This document shows positions 12,634 to 28,224 of a DNA stretch of 64,000 nucleotides, piece after piece (positions within the stretch are counted from its first letter, which is position 1; each line of letters starts with the position of its first letter). The position numbers were made by a program, and so were the translations under genes. A model generated the notes under the pieces. It ran no database searches, was not told where the DNA came from, and saw only the letters and a list, made by a program, of their open reading frames with translations. This DNA is from the human T2T-CHM13v2.0 reference genome, Homo sapiens: assembly GCF_009914755.1 (NCBI RefSeq), contig NC_060930.1, one strand, 5' to 3'.

Positions 12634-12806
12634 TAGACTGGGGCTATATGCAGTCAGAATTGGCTCAAACACTAGACTGGGATGTAGCCTATGGATGGAT
12701 ATCAGCTCTATCCCAGCCTATGGAGCCTACGGATGTAGCCTATGGATATAGGCTTCATCCCATTCCAGTGTCTGAGCCAATTCTGACTGCATATAGCCCC
12801 AGTCTA
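12634..12806. repeat. Inverted repeat, 59-nt arms, 55-nt internally repetitive spacer
   Basis: 12634-12692 vs reverse complement of 12748-12806: 55/59 identical, outer 34 bp perfect. Confidence 0.93.
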
Positions 12807-13846
12807 TATGTACTCCGAAGGGGGAGGGGAGGCAACAGCAAACCCAATAGTGAAGATCAGAGAACAGCTGGGAGATGCAGGGCAGAGCTGACATCAGCAT
12901 TTATTAAGCACCTGTTTGACAGAAGAGTATATAAGGCAGGGGGATATTAGGTTAACTGCTCAAGAGCATCCAGTTTACAAGTGGAATGTGCATGCTTAGA
13001 AAACAGGTCACCTGCTTCTTAAATAGGAATTCCTCTTTATCACACTGCTAATCTTCCCTGGGCTTACTATTAGGGGTAGAACAGATGGTTTTTGTCATTT
13101 TCTACATTCCAGAACAGATTAAGGACTCACCTATTTATTGAAGATATTGATGAAATTGGGTTTTTTTGAAATATCTGGATCTGGCTTTTGGAGGATTCGA
13201 TTTGGGAGAACATTTTAAATTCCTCTTTGATTTTCCACCAGATTGGGGCTTTTTAAGCTATTCCTTGGCTCAATTTTGGTAATTTACAATTCTCCCCAAA
13301 AAAAGATTTATTTCATCTAAATATTCAATTTATGTGCTTAATGTTGTAAGTAGTATTTAATTTCTAAGTATCTTCTATATCTGTGGCCAAACTGATTTTT
13401 TACAACAAATGATAATGTTACTGTGTTTTCTTCCCTTTCTTTCTTTGTTCCCTTTCCCTTTCTTCTGTGGTCACAGAAGCCAGGGGTTTACCTAAGTTTT
13501 TCCATAGAACCAGCTCTGTGTTTTTCATGTCAATTCTATTCCATTGTTTTCCTTGTTTCTTTGTTTTCAATTTGATAGAAGCAGTGTTATGGGAGATCTC
13601 AGATGCAGAGATGTGTTAATTATACTCTCTTCTTTATGGCTCATATCACAATTATTCTGGATGAGACAGTATAATTATTTTAATTATTTTGTCTTTTCAC
13701 TCTACCATCATCTTCACTCCCATTCCCTTCTCCTGAATATACTTCTTACTGTCCTTGGGTCTGTGTGTATCTTAGGAAAAATATAATATGTTTTTAAATT
13801 TATTTTACTCAACTGCTTGATTTTAACATCTACGCACGTTGTATGC

Positions 13847-15008
13847 TTATGTTAGTTTCCTATTGCTGCTATAATAACTTATTACAAACTTAGTGGCTTC
13901 AAAGAACAAAAAAAATTCTCTAAAACGTAACACATTTCTTTTATAACCTGCAAGTGGGAAAGTCTATTACCTAAAATCCAGAAGCCATGACAATGATTGT
14001 TACAGTGACTATACAAAAACCTACAAATCCTCCATGCCAACACACACACACACAAACACACACACATACACACACCCCTGTAGGCAAAGCAAAGAAACAA
14101 ATGATAACCTGGGTAGAAGTCATGAATATTTTGCTAAAATTCACAATTCCTATTATAAAGGGCTAATCTCTTACATAAAGAGCTCCTACAAATCAATAAG
14201 ACCATCAACCCTGCATAAAAATGAGCAAAGAATATGAACAGATTGTTCACACTAAAATAACTGCAAGTGATTTTTAAACATGTGAAAAGATGATCAATGT
14301 TGACTTACAAGAGGAATGCAAATTAAAAATACATGGAAATACTACTTTTCTTTCATTAGAAGGGCAAAAATCCAGAAGTTCGGTGACTGTCTTGTCAAGA
14401 CTGTGGGAAAACAGGCAGGAATGTAAACAGTTACAAACCCTCTGGAGGGCAATGTGGCAAAATTACAATAATCTATCAAAAATGTAAGACTATATATGCT
14501 TTAACCAGGCACTTCTAGAAATTTATCCTAAAGATAAACTACCACATACACAATGACATATGTACATTTTGTGATCTATTTAAAAGAGTAAGATTGAAAA
14601 CAATGTAAATGTCCATCAATAGAGATTCTTAGTTATGCCTCCACCAAAAAAAATAAATTATTCTCTTACAGTTCTGGAGGTCAGAAGTCCAAAATCAGTC
14701 TCACTGGGCTAAAGTCAAGGTGTCAGTGGAACTGGTCCTTTCTGGAGGTTCTGAGGCCACCCGCATTCCTTGGCTCATGGCTGATTCCTTGCTTCACTCC
14801 CACCTTTTACTTCCTTCATCACATCTTCCACTCCTGACTGTTGATCCTACTGCCTCCCTCTGATAAGGAGCCTTGTTATCACATTGGCCCACCCTAGGAA
14901 CCCAGGATCACCACCCCCATCTCAAGATCACTAACCTAATCGAAGCTGCAAAGGTTGTGGACATGTGGATGTAGCCATTTTTGGAGCACTGTTATCCAGC
15001 CTACCACA
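13847..15008 (-). mobile_element. MLT1 LTR split (13847-~13915 and ~14650-15008) by an old plus-strand L1M fragment
   Basis: tatgttagtttcctattgctgctata...; resumes ttacagttctggaggtcagaagtccaaaatc; L1 3'-like sequence in between. Confidence 0.65.
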
Positions 15009-15589
15009 ATGCTCATCCAGTCCATCTCTTCTAACAGCTGTGTGGCATTCTGTGGCATACCTGCCCCATATTTTAGTTATCCATGCCCTACAAATAAACA
15101 GCTGCTACCATGTACATCTCTTCTGTAAATATCCTCTAACATGGTCTCTTGAGCATCTATGTGAGACTGGTGAAATCAGACACAAATTCCCAAGCCCCAT
15201 CATCTGGAAGGGTGTCAACTACCTAGACTGCATAACAAAACAAATCCCGTGTAAAGATTGTTGCCAAGTTCACCCTTGTTTGGGGACTTGATAGCAATTT
15301 TCCCTTAAAAACCAAAATTCTACTCACTAGCCATGGGTTATACTGGGAAGAACTACTGCCAGCTTGTTGTGTGCACACACGTGCCATTTCTCCAATTATT
15401 CCCAGGTTGCTCTCCAGATTGGCTGTATCATTTTACATTTTTCACCTGCGGTGCAAGAAGATTGTAATTTTCTTCAAAACCCTGCTAACATATGGTAATA
15501 TCAGATTTTCTCATTATTTACTATGACGGGGATAAAATGGTTTCCCATTTTCATTGAGGCACTATTTGTTTTTGTTTTTGTTTTTGGTG

Positions 15590-16030
15590 GTGGTTTTAAG
15601 GAGCAGAGAGTTTAATAGGCAAGAAAGAAGGAAGAAGCTCCCCCATACAGAGACCCAGGGAGGGGCAGTTCCAAAGCCAAGTGAGGAAACCCTGTGTGCC
15701 TTGGAAAAGTGGCTGCTTATATGAGGTGGCTGGAGGAGGTGGTGTCTGATTTGCATAGGACTCAGGGGATTGGTTTGACCAGGCATGTCACTCACATAGC
15801 CCGTGGAAAAAAACTGGACCTCCCACCTAGCCTTTTAATATGCCAATGCAGGGTGCCACGCTGTTCTACACACGTGGAGATACATGGGGGTGGCCATGTT
15901 GCCAGGCATGTGTGAGGCCAGGGCAAGAAGAAGAGGGCGGGAATCGCCATGTTTGGGTGGACCCAGTTTCTAATGGCCTTCATTTGCATATCAAAGCTTA
16001 CCGGCCAGGTCTAAGAACCTGCGCTTTCCT
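15590..16030 (-). mobile_element. ERV1 (MER4-group, MER61/LTR27/LTR28-like) LTR fragment
   Basis: gagtttaataggcaagaaagaagg...tttgcataggactcaggggattggtttgacc. Confidence 0.6.
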
Positions 16031-16186
16031 GTGAAGCGCTCTGATTATTATGTGGTTGACCATCTATTGATGTGCTTGCTTGCTATCCATGCCGCTTCCT
16101 ACTTTTTGGAATCTGCTCCTCATTTTCTTCCAGAGTGTTTCACTTGGTACTTGGTGTGGTGATAGTTGATATTGTTGTTCATTTGA

Positions 16187-16503
<317 letters not shown>

Positions 16504-16929
16504 AGAAGTTCCTTGTATTTTCTAGATATTACTTGTTAGTTATAAATATTGCAAATATCTTAATATATTGTGTATGCCTTAACTTTTTTGAGAATCTTTT
16601 ACTTAACAGACATCTTTCATTTTGATGTATTCAAACTTATTAACTTTTACCTTCAAGTTTGTGTACTTGCTTTTAAATTCATTAATTTTCACATTTATTT
16701 TTATTTATTTCTTCTTCCTATTGTTTTTTGCTTTTTTTCCTCTAGAATCTTCAGTTAAATGCCTAGTTGTTTTATGCTCATCTTTTAGTTTTTAAAATTT
16801 ACGCAGTAAATGTGGGCTACATTAATATTATTGCTTTGGTGACAAATATTTTCGAACCTAACAAAATTTTATTTTAAAATTTAGTATTTTTAACTCCAAA
16901 TCTTTGACCAAGGTATTTTTCTTTCCTTC

Positions 16930-17220
16930 TTTTTAAAATTTTTTTATTTTTAATTTTTATGGGTACATAGTAGGTATATATGTTTATGGGGTACATGAGA
17001 TATTTTGATACAGGCAGACAATGTATAATAATCACCTCCTGGTAAATTACAGGGCATCCATCACCTCAACCATTCATCATTCCTTTGTGTTATGAACATT
17101 CCAATTGTACTCCTTCAGTTATTCTAAAATGTACACGAATTATTGCAGACTGTAGTCACCCTGTTGTGTTATCAAATACTAGATTCCTATTCTTTGTATC
17201 TATTTTTGTACTCATTAACA
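16930..17220 (-). mobile_element. L1MA 3' end fragment
   Basis: tttatgggtacatagtaggtatatatgtttatggggtacatgagatattttgatacaggc. Confidence 0.8.
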
Positions 17221-19189
17221 AAAAATGTTTCTGCTTTGAACTGTTTTCCATCTACTACTTTGCAGATGTTGTTTACTTTTAAAAATAGATTTTATAACTG
17301 GGCTAAAACAAATATATTGCTAGAAATCAAAGTCTACATCATATAAAGTAGGGTCTTCACAGCAAGCAAAAAAACCAAACTACCCTCAGGTACAAACCAA
17401 ACCCACCCATTCTTTCCTACCCTAATTTTTCCTTTCTTTTCCACCCTAATTTTTCCTCTCTTTCTCTGTGCTGCTAAATGTTTAACATCTGGAACTGTTT
17501 GAGGTTTTTGGCTTTACTCTATTTTTTATGTATTTTTTATCATTATCATTATTCTGTGAGAACACAAGGTTATTTAATATTAAATAGCTATGAGTAGAGA
17601 GGAAACTCGAAAGTCATTTTCTTAATTCATTACTGTCATACATTTCTTAATTATTGCAATGAGGATGAACCCATGTAAACTGAACCTATACTTCAGCCAA
17701 TGCTGTAAATACAAATTGCAACTTAAGAAACAGCAAAAGAAATATAGAGGCTTGACCGTATCTTATTAATTTGTTCATTCAACAAATATTTATTAAGGGC
17801 TTATCATGTGCACTATTCTGACCACAAGGAATCTAGCAGTTAACAAAGTGGACAAGATCCATGTTCATCTCTCCACCAAAGCTTTTTAGGAAGAGAAGCC
17901 GCAATAAAGAAATAAACAAAAATAGAAGTAATTTTAGATATGGGTGTATCCCAGAAAGAAGCTAAGACATGGTGACCTGAGAGCCGAGAACTTACCCAAC
18001 AAGAAGCCAGCAATGTGGAGGTCATCCGGAGGAGCAAGAGTGGAGGCCATAGCAAATGCAAATGACCTCAGCAAGGCCCTTCTCTTTATCCAAAATGCAA
18101 CAAGAATCAGGCTTATTAGAGTCAATTGCTGGAAATGAAAGAGAAACTATGTTTCTAAAATGGTTCCTCACAAAATTTCACAAATAGGAATTGACTGTAA
18201 CACTATGCAGTCAGGAGGGGAGTCATGATGGGAAAAGTAACCCAATTCTGGAAAAATAACAATGTTTATGGATTGCTTTTTAAAAAAAAATAGGTGCAAA
18301 TTTTCTTAAGGATTGATTTCTCAACCTGTAAGGACCATTTCTCCTGAGAAAAGGTTGACATGGCCCTGCTCTCAACACACAAATTAAAGTATCACAGGGC
18401 AGCATTTTCTTCCACTCCCAAACTTTCCATCCAGCTAGAGGGCTTGCTTCTCACTCCTTTACCCTCCAATGTCCAGCCCAGTTCATTCCAGGCTTTCACA
18501 GTCCCGGATCTTTCCCTAGAAGTCTAGGCCTCTCTTGTCTTTCTTACCCAAACCATTTATTCCCACTCAGCCCAACATCCTCTTAATTTGTATTTCTCAC
18601 AGCTAGACCATCAGCAAAGCAGAGGGCCCTCCAGAGACTAAGGTCACCCATTAGAAGACAGTAAGGAGTTATAAATGTGAACAAACTGTATCCTTTCCAA
18701 CTGTATCTCCAATTGTGCTTTGCTGTTTTATTATTTCTAATAACAGCCATCTCTCTTTGTGGTTAAGATTTCAGAAACTACATAAGTAGCATGTATTACA
18801 GTAACTTAATGGTAGGAACAAATGTCTGTACGAATTTTGTTTACTGAAATGGTTCTGAAGCTAATTCATTCTGCATTTCCTGAATTGACCTTATAAGTTA
18901 CTTATTGCAATATATGGTTTTTTTCATGGTGCTTCTTAATGTTTTATATTTTAAATGACTGCTAGTCTGAAGAAATATGGGATAGAAGCTCATATTTACA
19001 GTGGCCTCTAAAAACAGAAAATACCCAGATAAAAAATTTAATAAGAAATGTGCAAATGTATATAAGGAAAATGTAAAAGTGCTCCTGAAGAATACAATTA
19101 CAAAGCTGAATGAATATGAAGATATTTGTTCAATATCAAGGATAGAAAACTCAATCATAAGAAGGTGTCAATTCTCCCTAGGTGATCTT

Positions 19190-19565
19190 TCCCTTGTGAT
19201 AAAATACATACAGCATAACATTTACTATCTTAACCATTTTAAGTGGACAGTTCAGTGGGATCAAATACATTGTCAATGTTGTGCAACCATCACTACTCTC
19301 CATCTCTGGCCTTCTTCCATCTTGTAAAACTGAAACTCCATCCCCATTGAACAATAATTTCCTGTTCTCCTCCTCCTAGCTCCTGGCAACCACCATTCTA
19401 CATTGTGTCTCTGTGAATCTGACCAGTCTGGGCACCTCATCTAAGTGGAATCATACAGTATTTGTCCTTTTGCAACTGGCTTATTTCACTTAGCATAGTG
19501 ACCTCAACGTTCTTCCATGTTGTAACATGTGTCATAATTTCCTTCCTCTTTAAGTCTCAATAACT
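19190..19565 (-). mobile_element. L1MB 3' end fragment (adjacent plus-strand L1M piece at ~18960-19180)
   Basis: tgttgtgcaaccatcact...ctaagtggaatcatacagtatttgtccttttg. Confidence 0.8.
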
Positions 19566-19756
19566 TTTAAATGTAGCATGATCCTAATAAAAACATACAT
19601 ATGTTAGGCTGATGTGGAAAAATAAACAATTAATAAAAAGAGCTCCAAAGTGTTGGAGTCCCACCTACGGTAGCTGTTACTTATCATGTACTCATTTATC
19701 CTCACCTTACCCTATTCCAGATACTGCTTTACAAAACAGGCAGGTATTGCTTTCTA

Positions 19757-20055
19757 CTTTTTTTTTTTTTTTTTTTTAGATGGAGTCTCACTCTGTCACC
19801 AGGCTGGAGTACAGTGTTGCAATCTAGGCTCACTGCAACATCTGCCTCCCGGGTTCAAGCTCTTCTCCTACCTCAGCCTTCTGAGTAGCTGGGACTACAG
19901 GCGCCCTTCACCACACCCGGCTAATTTTTGTATTTTTAGTAAAGACAGCATTTCACCATGTTGGCCAGGATGGTCTCAATCTCTTGACCTAATGATCCAC
20001 CCACCTCGGCCTCCCAAAGTGCTGGGATTACACGCATGAGCCACCATGCCCAGCC
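19757..20055 (-). mobile_element. Alu (AluS)
   Basis: Poly-T then full reverse-complement dimer. Confidence 0.95.
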
Positions 20056-21267
20056 TCCACTTTTTTATGTAAAAAGAAAGTGAGGCCAAGAGAATTATGT
20101 AAATACCCAAGTTAATATCCCAAGTACTGCAAGTAATAAAATCAGATTTGAAATCCAGGTATATGTCGTGCCTAAGCCCTCCTCTTCTCCTCGATCCACA
20201 ATTATACTATCTTCAGTTCCCCCTCACAGATCAAGAAAGATTTCTCTCTCTTGCCTGTCCAATGTTCTTAGGGAACTATTACTGTGGAAATCAATCTGAT
20301 TAACTAAATGCACTCTAGTGATAGTGGCTAACAAAGACTTACTAATAGCTGTCATAATATCTAAGGTTTATTGAGCACTCACATACTAGGCACTGAGCAA
20401 AAGGCTATATTTATGCAATATTTTTACCTTTACCACATTTTTAGGAAATAGGCATTATTATTATCCTCATTTTAAGAGGTCAGTTAGTCTTAAAGAGTTG
20501 GATGTTCTCAGGTAAGTTAGGAAGGTGGTAGATGCTGGATGGAGCCAGGCAGCACACACAAGCCTGGTACGCAGTCATAATACAACCCTGCATCCCTCAT
20601 TTGTACCTCCAAAGGCACTTGTAACTAAGGATTATAGTTTCAGAAAGCACAGCTTTAATCACAAAAAATAAATCTGTACTAGAGACTTTCTAGCCTCCAA
20701 CTGGGAGATATTATGACACACAAAGGGGTCTTCTTAGTACTTCTTCGGGTATTTCAAATATGCATACTTTCTGTTGGGCTAGTCTCAGTTTCCCCAAAAT
20801 CAGACCTAAGTCATGTTCCTACAGTGAACCAAAATAAAACTTTCTTTCCTTTTAGGTCTCAAGAGTTTCACTGTTAAATGTGTCCAAAGAAATCATATTC
20901 GCAATCCAGACAAGTTACCCCTCCATAGTACCTGGTTAGCAGGTAACTTCCAGAGCTAGCTATTCATCTTTTTCAGCCTCAAAGTATTTCTTCCAGCTCT
21001 AACTTTCTGAAGGTAGTTTTCCTTGTCAGTCAGGAAGGGGATGTTGAAATAATCCCAGGCAAACATTTTGTCAAGAATTTTACATGATTCTTTAAGTTCA
21101 TAAAATGTTCTGCTCCCTCCCCAAAGCAGGAGGGAGTTAAATCATTTGAGAAAGAATATTTAGTGGAATGGCCACCAGGGGACATTTTTATTTTACTAGA
21201 ATTCAGCTATACTTACCCTGCAAAAAAAAGAAAAAAGGGAGGTGGTGGGGAAATACTTTATGTCCTT

Positions 21268-21642
21268 TTATATGGTCTGGATTTGCATCCCCACTCAAAT
21301 TTTATGTCAAATTATAATCCCCAATATTGGAGTTGGGGCCTGTTGTGAGGTGACTGGATCATGGAGGTGGATTCCCCACTTTGGTGCGGTTCTCATGAGA
21401 GTTCTCACAAGATCTAGTTGTTTAAAAGTGTGTGGCACCTCCTCCCCACCTTCCTCCTGCTCCAGCCATGTAAGACATGCCTGCTTCCCCTTCACCTCCA
21501 CCATGATTGTAAATTTCCTGAGGCCTCCCTAGCCATGCTTCCTGTAGAGGCTGTGGAATTGTGAGCCAATTAAACCTTTTTTCTTTATAGATTACCCAGT
21601 CTCAGGTATTTCTTTATAGCAGTACAAGAACAGGCTAATATA
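21268..21642 (+). mobile_element. MSTA-type MaLR solo LTR
   Basis: atatggtctggatttgcatccccactcaaat...ccaattaaacctttttt...ttacccagtctcaggtattctttatagca. Confidence 0.85.
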
Positions 21643-21869
21643 TCCTCTATTTATCTTCTCTCATTTCAAACTAAACTTGTTCTCCTTCATCAAAGAAAGA
21701 GAGAACCCTGAAATTCAAAGAGACACAAAAACATTAGTTTTTGCTGTTGTGCTTTGATAGGCCCAGCTATATTGCTAACGGTAGTTCTTGTAAGCAACTA
21801 CTGTTACTTGAAGGGTCATTTTGACTATCTACTATTTTTGCCTTTTTAGTGTATTTAGAACAGGCCATT

Positions 21870-22072
21870 CTTTTTTTTTTTTTTTTTTTTTTGTATGTGT
21901 AGTTTTATGGGAACATAGCCACAACCAACTTTGTCTATGTATCACCCATGGCTGCTTTCACACTACAACAACAGTGTTAGTAGTTGGGACAGATACCATA
22001 TGGCCTACAAAGCCAAAACTATTTCTGTTTGGCCCTTTACCAAAAAACTTTGCCAACCTCTGCTTTAGAACT
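21870..22072. mobile_element. MER58 (hAT-Charlie) fossil
   Basis: atggcctacaaagccaaaactatttctgtttggccctttaccaaaaaactttgccaacctctg. Confidence 0.75.
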
Positions 22073-23327
22073 TTATTCCCTAAAATACATGACCCTACTC
22101 TAGTAGTTAAGAATTTTAATGGTGAAGTCAGAGCAAAAATTCCAACTAGAATTCAGTGCCATAACTTCATTGGCTGTGCCGTTATCCAAGTTTCTTAACC
22201 TCTTCTAAATCTTTGTTTGTTTTTTTTTTAATCTGTAAAACATTATCTGTAACAATAGCACTTACTTGTAAGGTTGTGAGAATTCAGTAACTATAACATA
22301 TAAAGCACAAACTGTGTAGTACTTGAAAAGAAGCAAGTCTTTAACAGGTAATAGTTATTATCAATATTATTATTGATATTATGGGTGTTTTTATTAAGAT
22401 TTACAGGTATGTTGGCATAATTAAGAATCTGAGAATTTTAAGAATAGAAATTTTACTTTGTTCAATCCACCTTTGCCCAAATTTCTGTGACCAGAGAATG
22501 CCTTTTCAGTACTTCTTAGAACACTTCAAAGACACCACCCTCTCTTAAATTAAAAATAAGAAGAGTCTGTCTCCCTCCAGGCCACTGCCTCTCCTTCTTT
22601 CTCTGCCCCTCCCTTCCATCTCTTGGCCCTCACATTTTTCCTTCTGTGATCTAGCCTTTCTTGTGAAGTACTCAGTGTTTCAAGCCTCAATGTTGTCTTG
22701 CCCCTCATTTCAAATAAATTGTACTTGTCTTGAGACTAGTTCTCAGTGGATCCAACTCATAGCTAATTGAAAGCCAGCCTGTATGATAGATGAGCTAGTC
22801 CTTGATAACATATTTGTAACTGTGGATGTTACTTCTTAGCATTCTAAGGGGGCTTTCTGGACACATACTGCCTTACCCATGGCAATCATTCTAATCAGTC
22901 TGGAAACTTCAGGTATCAGAGCAGTGAGTTAAGAAAAAGATGCTAGGGCAAGGGGCCGTTTGACACTCTTCAAATGCACAGTGAACATCTGTCTATAAAT
23001 AAGACTAGCCTAGAATAATTGCTAAAGGACTACCTGGGCATTTGTTGTGGCTTAAGGCAGGGGGAAGACCCTTGGAAACAAATGTCCATCCCCACATGGA
23101 TGGTAATGACACTTCATCAGCCTTCCTGAATTGGATCCTAGCTTCGTTATGATCTAATCTGTGCTTTTTCCCCAGCATCATACTGTCTTCTTCAACTGGA
23201 CACTCCATCCCCCGACTTTCATTTCATTACATTTTAACAAATTATTTTTCTGTGTCTGTGTACCTCTGCTAGGAAGTTACTTCCTTTAGAGAAAGGATCA
23301 TGTGGTGTGTTTCTTAGTGGTCCCTAG

Positions 23328-23929
<602 letters not shown>

Positions 23930-24195
23930 TAGAAGGGTCCCAGGATCTGCGATGTGGAGCAACTATTGCTTCCCTCTGCAATCTTGGTGCTCTAGCTATA
24001 AGAAGGGCACCTGATACAAGTTGGGCTTTCTTCTGGGAATTTGAACTTCTAGAGGTAATCCCAGTAATGGATAAATTTGGAGCTGCAGGTCTGATGGTGG
24101 CGCCTAGAGCAAGGCTCCCGCATTGCAGGTGCTGGAGCTCCCCTGCTTCCGTGCTCCCGAGGGCTGCTTGTTGAGTTCTCCTATAAGACTGCTGA

Positions 24196-24537
<342 letters not shown>

Positions 24538-25584
24538 TTAACCAGTTAACCAGAGTCTATTTCTATTGCATTGCCCAAAGAACATTAAATAAAGAGAATT
24601 TCAAAGCCAAGATCAAGATTTAGGGCTGGAAAAAGATGTTCTTTTTCCTATCTATGATAGAGGTTCTTCACCTATTTAATTGAATTTAACACTCCTGATC
24701 ACTCTTCATGGAGAAGGCACTATGACATGTTCAGTGAAACAAAGATGAATTAAATGGGACCTCTGAAGACTCTAGTAAGGGAGAGAAAAAGAAATTCACA
24801 ATAAATCAAACTAGTGAGAAATAACATCAAAGTATGTGCAAAGTATTATGAGCCACACAGGAAGAAAAGAAAGAAATTAATATTTATTGGATATCTGCCA
24901 GATGTCAGGCACTCTACACATATAATCACATTATGTCTTTACTCAACACATTGAGGCACATAACATTATTCTCATTCTATAGATGAGGAAACCAAAACTC
25001 AAAAGATTCAGCACCTCAAGTTGCCACAGTTAGTAAAGGGTAGATCTCAAACTCAAATCTGTCAGACTCCAAAGCCCCTGTCCCATCTGTTGCCTCTTGA
25101 AAAGGATAGTTTTAGCCACACCCAAGAAGTAGTTGGGCTCTTTCTCCACCTCAAATACTTAATAACACATGCACTTCTTCTATGTCTATGACAAGGGACC
25201 AAAGCATGGCGTTCTTGTCTAATGAATACAATATTTCATGGCAATCTTGCCCAACTCTGTAGCAGGCCCTGCTCTACAATAAAAATGGCAATGGCTACTC
25301 CTGCCTTTCCTGCCCCATAACGTTTTATTAGCATATGTTTTCCATGTCTATGCACCCTGTGCTAACTGGTTAGCTCTTTTGGAGCAAGGATCACATCCTG
25401 GGCAGCTGGAGCTTCTAGGCTTCAAAGGCATGGCCTGGGCTATGTTATTAATATTATTTCTTTCTCTTCTATAAGTGAGGAAGTGAACTCTTTGTACCCA
25501 CCTGCTAAAAATTCCCCTTATGTTTACTGTTAAATGGACCTCACCTGGAGTGCTCAAAATAACACAGTCTGAAAAAGAAACTAT

Positions 25585-25713
25585 GGCTGGGTGCAGTGGC
25601 TCATGCCTGCAATCCAAGCACTTTGGGAGGCCGAGGTGGGAGAATCACTTGAGCCCAGGGGTTCGAGACCAGCCTGGGCAACAAAGTGTGGCCCCATCTT
25701 GAAAGAAAAAAAA
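25585..25713 (+). mobile_element. Alu left monomer / FLAM
   Basis: Single Alu arm followed by purine tract. Confidence 0.85.
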
Positions 25714-25836
25714 AAGAAAGAAAAGAAAGAGAGAAAGGGAGAAGAGAGAGGAAGGAAGGAAGGAAGGAAAGAAGGGAGGGAGGGAAGGAGGGAGGAAGGG
25801 AGGGGAGGGGAGGGAGAGAGATAGAGAGAAAGAAAG

Positions 25837-25879
<43 letters not shown>

Positions 25880-26027
25880 GAAAGAAAGAAAGAAAGAAGA
25901 AAGAAAGAAAGAAAGAAAGAAGAAAGAAAGAAAGAAAGAAAGGGAAAGAAAGAAAGGAGGAAAGGAGGGAGGGAGTAAGGGAGGAAAGGAGGGAGGGAGG
26001 GAAGAAAAAGAGAGAAAAAGAAAGAAA
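25701..26027. repeat. Polypurine tract with (GGAA)n/(GAAA)n microsatellite
   Basis: About 325 nt of A/G with only two T. Confidence 0.97.
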
Positions 26028-26629
26028 CTACAATAAGAAATAAAAGAACAGGACAGAACACTAATTAGCTCCTTGGATCAGCAAACCAGTATGAAATGTC
26101 TGCTTTGTGCTAGAGATAGAGAGAGAAACAAAATTTTGCACACTTGCATTGTCCAGGGGATACGAAGACAGGTAAAGTAATAATTGTGAATTAATGAGAC
26201 AAAATGTGGTTGAAAAGCAGAAAGAGCAACACAGAATGAAGCAGCAGTCTTTACATTTGAGTGTGTATGTCCCAGAGGTGGAGCAAGACTTTCTAAGGGT
26301 ATGTGGGTACGGACAGTCCAGATCCTCAGCATTAGTAGTCCTCCTTCCTAGAGTTGATCTGCTTGAGAACTTGCATTTGGCAGAAGTATCATATTGTATT
26401 TCTTTTCAAAAGTGAAAAATATCTCACAATGTGAAAAAAATCTGTGCAGATACCAAAATGGGAATACAATGTAAAGGAAGAAAAGAAGTGGTATGAAATT
26501 CCCAATTGTCAAAAAGAGCTTGCCTGTATACCTTTTCTCCAAGAACAATTATGGATATCAAATGATATGGTATTTAATTTCTGAAGATATTTTAGAAAGT
26601 GATGTAATGTTTTACTAAAAGTCTATTGT

Positions 26630-26922
26630 ACCTGTAATTCTAGTGCTTTGGGAGGTCAAGGTGGGAGGATCACTTGAAGCCAGGAGTTTGAGACCAACCT
26701 GGGCAACATTGTGAGGCCCTGACTATACAAAAAAAAAAAAAAAAAATTAAAAATTAGCCAGGTGTGATAGCGCACACCTGTAGTCCTAGATACTTGAGAA
26801 GCTAAGGCAGAAGAATTGCTTGAGCCCAGGAAGTCAAGACCACAGTGAGCTATGATCATACCACTGCACTCCAACGTGAGTGATAGAATGAGACCATTTT
26901 TCCAAAAATTAAAAATAAATAG
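26630..26922 (+). mobile_element. AluJ, slightly 5'-truncated
   Basis: AluJ diagnostics; TSD AAAGTCTATTGT at 26618-26629 and 26923-26934. Confidence 0.93.
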
Positions 26923-27026
26923 AAAGTCTATTGTTTACATCAGAAATGATATCCTTTGTGACTATTTAAGCTATAATAAAAATGTTTTTAAATATCTGAA
27001 TATAATTAAAAATGCATGACAGATCA

Positions 27027-27578
<552 letters not shown>

Positions 27579-28224
27579 TCATTGTCATACAGCTTAAACA
27601 CAGGGAAATGATGAACAATAAGCCAAGGAAGGATGATAGAGACTCATATGGGGGGAAAAAAAACAGCTTACCCTGGCAATGACATTTTATTAACCTCCTT
27701 TGTAGTGATTCTGGGCTCAATGTGGTGGCTCACTATGAACTTGAGTCTAACAAATCTGGGATTGAAACCCAGCTGCCCTTCTATTAACTGTGAGAAGTTG
27801 GACAGATTCTCTCTCTAAGCCTTGACTTCACCATCTATAAAAAGAAGAAAATGAAGAGTACTTCCTCAGAGAGCTGTTTTAAAATTTAAATAAGATAGTC
27901 CATGCAAAGGGCCTAGCATATACTAGATACAAATAATTTTGTTATCATTTCTAGTACTTAAACCTGATCCTATCATCCCCCTGATTAAAATTCTTAGTGT
28001 TCTCTTTTGCCCTTAATATAAGAATCCAAATTTGCTAAGGTTATCTGAAGCCCTCCTCAGCTATGTTTTAGGGGCACCATCCACAATTTTGTTCTCCAAA
28101 ATTAAAATGAAAGAATTAATAAAGTATTATCACCATGAGCAAGTTAACTGCCATGGAGAATGTTACACTAAAAGGCCTCCTCTAAGTTCAGCAGAAGCCA
28201 AGAAAATCATCCCTGCACCCAACT

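Noticed and set aside
25591-26061. Lys/Glu/Arg-rich and Phe/Leu/Ser-rich ORFs
   Set aside because: Translations of the (GAAA)n tract
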